From Amoebidium appalachense (lineage: Eukaryota; Protista; Ichthyosporea), in the NCBI GenBank assembly GCA_963693365.1, contig CAVNZM010000010.1:4524159-4588158 (forward strand): a DNA stretch of 64,000 bases. The letters run 5' to 3'. Below the pieces are notes generated by a model. The model ran no database searches and was not told where the DNA came from. It was given only the letters and a program-made list of their open reading frames with translations. Below are positions 21,966-64,000 of the stretch, piece after piece (positions within the stretch are counted from its first letter, which is position 1; each line of letters begins with the position of its first letter). The translations under genes were made by a program, and so were the position numbers.

Positions 21966-22598
21966 TTCAATTTTTCTGCTTGCTAAGCTTGTTGTCTCCC
22001 CTCCCCACCCCTCAGGACGCCCCAGGCACTTTTTCCACTCTTTAGGATCAATGATAAATTTTCCATCGAAACCTCAACTTGAAGGCGCATCTGTCCCTTT
22101 TCGTAGACACATCATCACACTGAGAAGGCTTACAATGTGATGATACTGAAGATTGTACTGATTCGCAGTACTAATTAGTACGGTGCGCGAGCTGCGTGAG
22201 AGAGGCGGCAGGTCAGCTTATAAACTTTAAAAAAATGCCGCATGCTGAGTAACTTTCTAACACTGTGAGGCAGTTGAACTTGTTCAGTGTGATTGGCTCT
22301 AAAGCTTGCGCTGCCAGGGCACGTGCGCTGCCTACGTTGTACCATGCATTTTTTCACATGCCGAACCTTCTGGCACTTCTCCCATTATAAAATCGATATC
22401 CTCGATTGAGTCAAGTGCTCTCGTTCCTAAGCCCCAAATCTGCTACCTTTGGAGGTAGCTCTTATTTTTCACACTGCAGTGAGGCTGACAAAACTTTCCT
22501 TTATTAGCGACTGATTACGCGCCAACCCATCTCGCCAGAGTATAGTTTATCATATGTACGGCGGCTGAGGCCACAGTCGCACGTGGCAGGCCCCAAAT

Positions 22599-22710
22599 GC
22601 TGAAATGTACACACGGTAGGTTTATCCCACCGGGATTTCAATCCTCGATTGAATCAAAGTTTCTCGTTTGAAATCCCGGTGGGATAAACCTACCGTGTGT
22701 ACATTTCAGC
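22599..22710. repeat. Perfect 43-bp inverted repeat (hairpin) with 26-nt loop
   Basis: gctgaaatgtacacacggtaggtttatcccaccgggatttcaa (22599-22641) is the exact reverse complement of ttgaaatcccggtgggataaacctaccgtgtgtacatttcagc (22668-22710). Confidence 0.95.
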
Positions 22711-22748
22711 TGAAAATGAGAGGCCGCTGAATGAGAGGCCGTGGATAG

Positions 22749-22757
22749 CATAAAAAG
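22749..22757 (+). promoter_or_regulatory. Possible TATA-like element of the secreted-protein gene
   Basis: cataaaaag lies ~190 bp upstream of the ATG at 22937 and is preceded by a tandem aatgagaggccg direct repeat (22715-22741). Confidence 0.3.
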
Positions 22758-22936
22758 CCTTCCCCTTCCCCTTCCCCGTCACTTCTCTGCAGGCGGTGAA
22801 GCTACACCAGCCCGGTGGCAGTTAGTAACAACGTGAACCGCGTCAAACCGTGGCCACATTTTGGGGGGTTCTTATTCGCGGACGCTATCTGTACGTTATA
22901 ATAATAACACATGTTGCTGGTGGCAACTTGTCAACG

Positions 22937-23581
22937 ATGAGCACGAAAACTACGCTGATGGCCACCGTGGTGGTTCTTGCCGCTCTGGCTGGCAGCGCTT
23001 TGGGCAGCTGTGACGACAACCTGGTGAGGTGCTACGCATGTGACCTGAAAGTGCACGGGAACTGCGACTGGTACTTCCCGACCAAAATTCAGCAAACGAA
23101 TTGTATTTATAAGGCCCATTACAAAGACCTTCCGGATGGGTTGAGATATCTTGGGTTTGTATGGGTCAACTATTGCTGGCAGATAACGGGTTGTTGGATG
23201 TGTTCTGACCGCGGCAGCGTGAAGACGGGTGGGACAGTCGCATGCCGTGAGAGATACGGTGAGACTTTGGCCTCCGGGGAGATGGTCTACGGCGCCTGTG
23301 CTGAAATAGGCGACAGCAATAATGATAGAGATACTTATGATGTGGATGACGACGCTAGTGAGGAGGAACGGAGACAGGCCGAGTTGGAAGCATACCAGAA
23401 TAAAGACATCCCGTCGATTGACCCATTCTGGTTTGTGAATAAGCCCTCGGCAAAGTCGTATGCCCCCCCCGGTCGGCGCGCAGGTGTGCACCGCGGCGCT
23501 GAGGCTCGCCGTATGATGCAGCGCAAGAAGTACGAGGATTATATTGATGAGGATATGTTTGCCAAGCGGCGTGATTACTGA
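22937..23581 (+). CDS. Intronless secreted cysteine-rich protein (214 aa), uncharacterised
   Basis: Clean, non-repetitive ORF. Signal peptide MSTKTTLMATVVVLAALAGSALG|S, then a ~100-aa domain with 10 Cys starting LVRCYAC, an acidic spacer (DDDASEEE), and a tail with several dibasic sites. Confidence 0.85.
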   Translation: MSTKTTLMATVVVLAALAGSALGSCDDNLVRCYACDLKVHGNCDWYFPTKIQQTNCIYKAHYKDLPDGLRYLGFVWVNYCWQITGCWMCSDRGSVKTGGTVACRERYGETLASGEMVYGACAEIGDSNNDRDTYDVDDDASEEERRQAELEAYQNKDIPSIDPFWFVNKPSAKSYAPPGRRAGVHRGAEARRMMQRKKYEDYIDEDMFAKRRDY

Positions 23582-24121
23582 GATGGGTTAACGTTGCAAG
23601 GGAGTGCTACAAATATTACACCTAACATTACCTGATCATGATGACATCACTACTCCCTGGAGTTATGATCATCGGTTCAAGTTATATAACTAGTACTGTT
23701 ACAGACTCAGGTAATATATATGTTACTGATGATGATGATATTCAATTTGCTACGGTACGCGAAACCATGGCCACTGATATGTAGCAGAGGCACCAAGCCG
23801 TGGCACTGTCTGTACTAGCCAATGGTCTGTATCACATGTACAATTCTTCTTTCAATATATAATTGTCTCAGTAAGTGTATTAAACGCTGTTTGGGATGCG
23901 GGAATCATTATGAGTCCCGAGCTCATGTTCTCGCAATCGAGCACAGTGGAATGAAAATAAAAGCATTTCAACAGATTCAATGACATGTACGATTGCCGCG
24001 GCAAAGCCACTTTGTGTATTCGCAACATCATCCATGCAATGACGGTGTAATGATATTGGCCGCACGTGACTGCCCTGTGCCAGGCCAACAGTTGTGCACC
24101 GTCTCAGGCCACTACAATAAG

Positions 24122-24186
24122 GGTTCAAGCCATTGCCTCCTAAATAGCGTACGCTATTTAGCTATTTAGGAGGCCTCGGTTCAAGC
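24122..24186. repeat. Short palindromic insert flanked by a 9-bp direct repeat
   Basis: ggttcaagc at 24122-24130 and 24178-24186 flanks gcctcctaaatagc-gtacgctattta-gctatttaggaggc. Confidence 0.6.
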
Positions 24187-24229
24187 AGACTTACTGTAGT
24201 CTACATACCCTGACGGGCGTCAGACCGTA

Positions 24230-24368
24230 GCAAAATCTAGCCGCCGCTGGCTAAGATTGCAATGGTATATGATGTCACACAGATTTGCTATGTACCCTAT
24301 TTAGTAGGAAGTCGGTCACAGTAAACGTCACATCATAGCAATCTTAGCCGGCGGCGGCTAAATTTTGC
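24230..24368. mobile_element. ~139-bp MITE, ~31-bp TIRs, TA target duplication
   Basis: TA|gcaaaatctagccgccgctggctaagattgc ... gcaatcttagccggcggcggctaaattttgc|TA, with 2 mismatches between the arms. Confidence 0.75.
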
Positions 24369-24602
24369 TAGTGTCACCCGGGTACGTAGTCTGTTTTGAA
24401 CCCTTGGCCCTTAAGGTCGTGACACTTGGCACTGCTGGCAGTCTGCTGTATGCCCGGGCCAGCTTGCAAGCCTAAGGAATTTAAACCTAAGACAAAAACT
24501 GCCTCGAGCTCCTGCTTTGTGCTCGAGAATCTCTCATCCTGCAACAATTTCTTGCCCCCCCCCCCCCCCCCCCCTCCCCCCCCCCCCCCCCCCCCCCCCC
24601 TC

Positions 24603-24643
<41 letters not shown>

Positions 24644-24828
24644 ACCACCACCACCACCACCACCCACCCACCCACACTCCCACCCACCCAACCCCTGGGC
24701 CGGCGTCAGTCTCAGACATGCCTACACAAAATTTCAAGCTCCGTGACACTCATGATCACTGCACGCCATTGTTGGATCGTGACTCAGCACATTGAACTGG
24801 AAGGGTCGGCGACCTCCGGGGCTCTAAG

Positions 24829-24903
<75 letters not shown>

Positions 24904-25096
24904 CCCCGCCTCTGTTGAACTGAAACTTGGGCCAAAACAAATGACACACGGCATACATTGTGTCACCTGAATTGAACTTATGCGCATTGGCCATTGTCGG
25001 AGTCCGACCCGGTCCCCGGCATCTTTCCCCAACTGGGACCTCCCAATGGTTCCGCAACCCGCCCATAATAATTTTTACTTGCTTCCCCCCCCCTTC

Positions 25097-25128
<32 letters not shown>

Positions 25129-25524
25129 TCGTAGAACTCCTCCCAGTCGACCCAGCAGGTCTTTGAGACTCAGCAAGTCAGATCCTGTACTGTACATGTT
25201 CCACACAAGGGGCCGGGGAGAATAGTTCGGAATAGAATATGTAGATGCAAGTGCTAAGTACCTTGAGCCTTGACCGTATATACGCCGGGCCGTGGTTGTC
25301 ACTTCCTTTCCTTAAAGTTTGCCGGATATTCGTGTAGGTACCTAATATTAGGACGTCAGGCCCTTGTACTTACACGAGTTCGCGGTGACTAGCTGTGAAT
25401 TTGCAGGTTAGCATCTTGCAGATGTTCTCCCTAAAACTCTAGGGTGTACAGAACCCACCGGAGCCCGTTCGGATTTCGCTCGTTGGTTCACGTACAACTT
25501 GCAGGATCATCGTTGAAGACAAAC

Positions 25525-25596
<72 letters not shown>

Positions 25597-26199
25597 GTGT
25601 GTGTTTTGGGGGGTTTGGTGTGTGTGTGTGTGTGTGTGTGTTTGGGGGGGGGGGAGGGGGGGGAACTCGGAGGGGAGGAGGACAGGGGATATCGACCTCA
25701 CAGGGGATTCCAAAATAAGGCACACTGGCTGCTCCTAGGAGACAAACGTAAATCAGAATACATCCAATAAATCAAATGGACCAAGCAATCGTAGGTCCCT
25801 TCAACGGTTTCTTTGCTCTTTTTTTTCAACACACACACAGTGTGCACTAGACATTACGATCATATCATTCAGCCTCTTGGCACGTTCGTTTTTTGAAAGC
25901 TTGCCGAGTCAACTTAACAGCGAATTTCGATGCATGATCATCTGGGTAGCCTCGGTGTGACACAGTGCTCTCACATCGCCCGAGTGTACAGGCACATATA
26001 AGAGCACCTACAAAATGAACATTTTTCTGTAAATAAGGGCGATGTAGAGGCACGCACATAGGTACATTGCAGTAAAAAAATCAGCTACGACTGTACTTTA
26101 CGGTCCTAATAGTATGTCTGAACGTTACTCGGTGCAGGCCTGAGGGTGGCTTAGTTTAACAATAGCAAGCCAAGAAGTAAACAATGGTCATTCATCAAG

Positions 26200-26237
<38 letters not shown>

Positions 26238-26697
26238 CGCCGGGCAACCCAACCCACCCATTGCCATTGATGATCATATCCCCCCTTCTATTTGTCCCCC
26301 CTTCTGATTGTACTACTGCTAATAATAGCGAGGCAAGAAAGTGCAATCAGGCAAACATTTAACTTAGTAATAATTATTAGTGCTGGTGTGCTGGAATCAG
26401 AATCGTTGTCCTTCGAGATAATCAATAGGTTTCAAAATGCTGAAACTACTAGAGCTAAAAAAATTGGGAATTCAATCTCATGAAAAAAATTGCCTGTTTC
26501 AACAAAACTGCATACATTACACTCTTCGATTTAGCAAATCACACAGGCACCCACATGCACACACCTGAGTATAAGTGCATGCAAGTTTAAGTATCCGTGC
26601 TAGTATCAGCACATGGCACCTTCACTTAAAATAGTACTGTGCTGGTGTAAACACCAATACATGATTAACATGCAACCCGGTCTGACACATGTAAGCA

Positions 26698-62401
<35,704 letters not shown>

Positions 62402-63610
62402 TACGTCTCGTTCCTACTAACCACTAGGATTTGGGCAGAAAGTAAAGTGCAAGACGAATTGCCCTGTATATTCAGATTACCGTGAAGCATTTCTTTATCT
62501 GCCATGTATTTTTGACTACTTATGATGCACAACTGTATACAGTTTCGTACACACACACACCCATCGCTCCTGCCCTAATCCCTAACTCTATTGTCCTTGG
62601 TCGGTCTCTTAAGACCCAGAAGCCTGCTATAGTCCCAGAAAGCTTAATTCGCCACCCATAGGCTTCTGCCCCCATAGACAAACTCTGCCATGTATGTTTC
62701 CTTTATCGCATATATGTCTAAGAATACATGTTCCTGGTTGGATAGTCTTCCCGGGCTGCCGCTGTGCACGGTGCACAACTGATGCGGCACAGAAAACAGA
62801 AAAACGGGAAACAGCGCGCGAACATTTGAACTGTGATTGTTCAACCAATCAGTTCACCTGTGCTTCAACTTGCCATATTAGGAAGGCTTTTTGGCACAGT
62901 CAGTAGCCAGCTGTCAGATGCCTGCGCGGGCATACATAGAGAGTGGTTTAGGGCTCGCTTTTTCTTTTTGCGATGCATACATATATAAAGAGGAAACATA
63001 AGTATTGTGACCCGTTTTGTGCCCTTCTACAGCTGGTGCATCATGCAAGCGCGAGGGCACACCTGCTTGACTTTGAGCCCTTCGAGCAGGGACCCAAGGG
63101 CATGGGCAACGCTCCTTTAGACTAAGGAATCTATCTTTGGCCAATCAAAAGCCACATGAGCAGTTTTGGCGCCAACCACACGGTACGCAAACGGCCAGAT
63201 GAATGATAGTGTGAGGCCTCTTTTCACGTTTCGACCTCTCTTTCTCACTGACTTTTTCCCGCTCAGTGTCCAGTGTTTTTCACCGTGAGGGACAAAAATA
63301 TACTCAGAGCTTTTGTAGTAAAAAATTGCTATAAGTCTTTTTTTTTTAGCGTTTATTCCTGTTATACCTGTGTGGTAGGGTTTGGTTTACTGTGAGGCTG
63401 TTTGTAGAGAGGACGTTCGACCTTGCACTTGAACTAAAGTTTCACGACGATTCTGTCAAAGCCAGAATAAGCCTATAGCCCAACGAGCTCTTATAGTACT
63501 TTTTTTGCTTTCTATTAATAGACAGTGAGCTGCCCTTTCTTCTGGAAAAGTTTTTTTGTCCAATAGATGTTTAGGTGATCGTTGGCAAGGGTCGCCGGGC
63601 CAAAGCAAAC
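62402..63610. promoter_or_regulatory. Putative bidirectional promoter region between the villidin-like and PPP4R3 genes
   Basis: Head-to-head ATGs are 1.2 kb apart; the region is largely microsatellite-free and has CCAAT at ~62846 and ~63141. Confidence 0.45.
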
Positions 63611-64000
63611 ATGGCAAGGTCTTCGCAGTTGATTAAGGGTATGATATCCTCTTTCCGCTGGCGGGTTAAAGTGTATGCGCTGGATGATGAGGCCACTTGG
63701 CGTGACAAGGGCACGGGTCATCTGACGGCCGAAATTAACGACGTACGAGACGTTGTGCTTGTTGTTCGCTCGGATGACGACGGAACGGGTTTGCTTGATT
63801 CGAAGGTTCAGCTTGAGGAAAACAAATACTCAGTCCAGCAAGACACACTAGTTCTATGGAAAGAAGCAGACGGCGCAGAGTTTGCACTGAGTTTTGAGGG
63901 CAAGGAGGGCTGTGATGACTTGCTTGACCTCCTAAAACGGCTGCAGAAACTGAACAAGTTGAAAAAGAGCAACGAACAAGCAGAAGACGATTTGGATTCG
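63611..64000 (+). CDS. PPP4R3: Protein phosphatase 4 regulatory subunit 3 (SMEK/Psy2/falafel) N-terminal EVH1-like domain; runs off the window end
   Basis: MARSSQLIKGMISSFRWRVKVYALDDEATWRDKGTGHL...LVVRSDDDGTGLLDSKV...YSVQQDTLVLWKEADGAEFALSFEGKEGCDDL matches the family pattern RVKVY..W.D.GTGH..L.VR.E.DG..LL.SKI..Y..QQDTLI.W.E..LALSF....GC. It is missing from the ORF track because there is no stop in the window. Confidence 0.9.
   Translation, partial: MARSSQLIKGMISSFRWRVKVYALDDEATWRDKGTGHLTAEINDVRDVVLVVRSDDDGTGLLDSKVQLEENKYSVQQDTLVLWKEADGAEFALSFEGKEGCDDLLDLLKRLQKLNKLKKSNEQAEDDLDS

Noticed and set aside
22850-22936. ORF-track GTG start extending the secreted protein
   Set aside because: Eukaryotic context; the ATG at 22937 directly begins a signal peptide.
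24554-24900. Very long poly-C tracts as functional G-quadruplex elements
   Set aside because: Ubiquitous across the window, and run lengths may be inflated by sequencing error; no locus-specific evidence.
24374-25530. Complex-sequence blocks between poly-C runs that look vaguely coding
   Set aside because: Stops interrupt the plausible frames, with no recognisable family or consistent splice chain; possibly an old pseudogene but unsupported.

Overview
Eukaryotic genomic DNA with many spliceosomal introns packed with (CA)n/(TG)n, (GA)n and poly-C/poly-G tracts, so almost all ORFs in the supplied track are microsatellite artefacts. Gene content and style suggest a unicellular opisthokont, possibly a holozoan such as an ichthyosporean (inference only). 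Splicing by hand gives: (1) a decayed, 5'-truncated non-LTR retrotransposon (~240-1617, -); (2) a 9-exon LIM-domain kinase of the LIMK/TESK family (3652-~11385, +) with Asp at the LIMK activation-loop Thr; (3) a probable ABCG-transporter pseudogene fragment (15396-17466, +); (4) mosaic duplications, MITEs and hairpins (16.6-24.4 kb); (5) an intronless secreted Cys-rich orphan with prepropeptide-like features (22937-23581, +); (6) a ~44-exon, 35.7-kb villidin / class-4 coronin gene (coronin + 4 PH + 5 gelsolin + villin headpiece; 62401->26698, -); (7) the 5' end of a divergently oriented PP4 regulatory subunit 3 (SMEK/PPP4R3/Psy2) gene (63611->end, +). Exon boundaries were read by eye and need RNA-seq confirmation.
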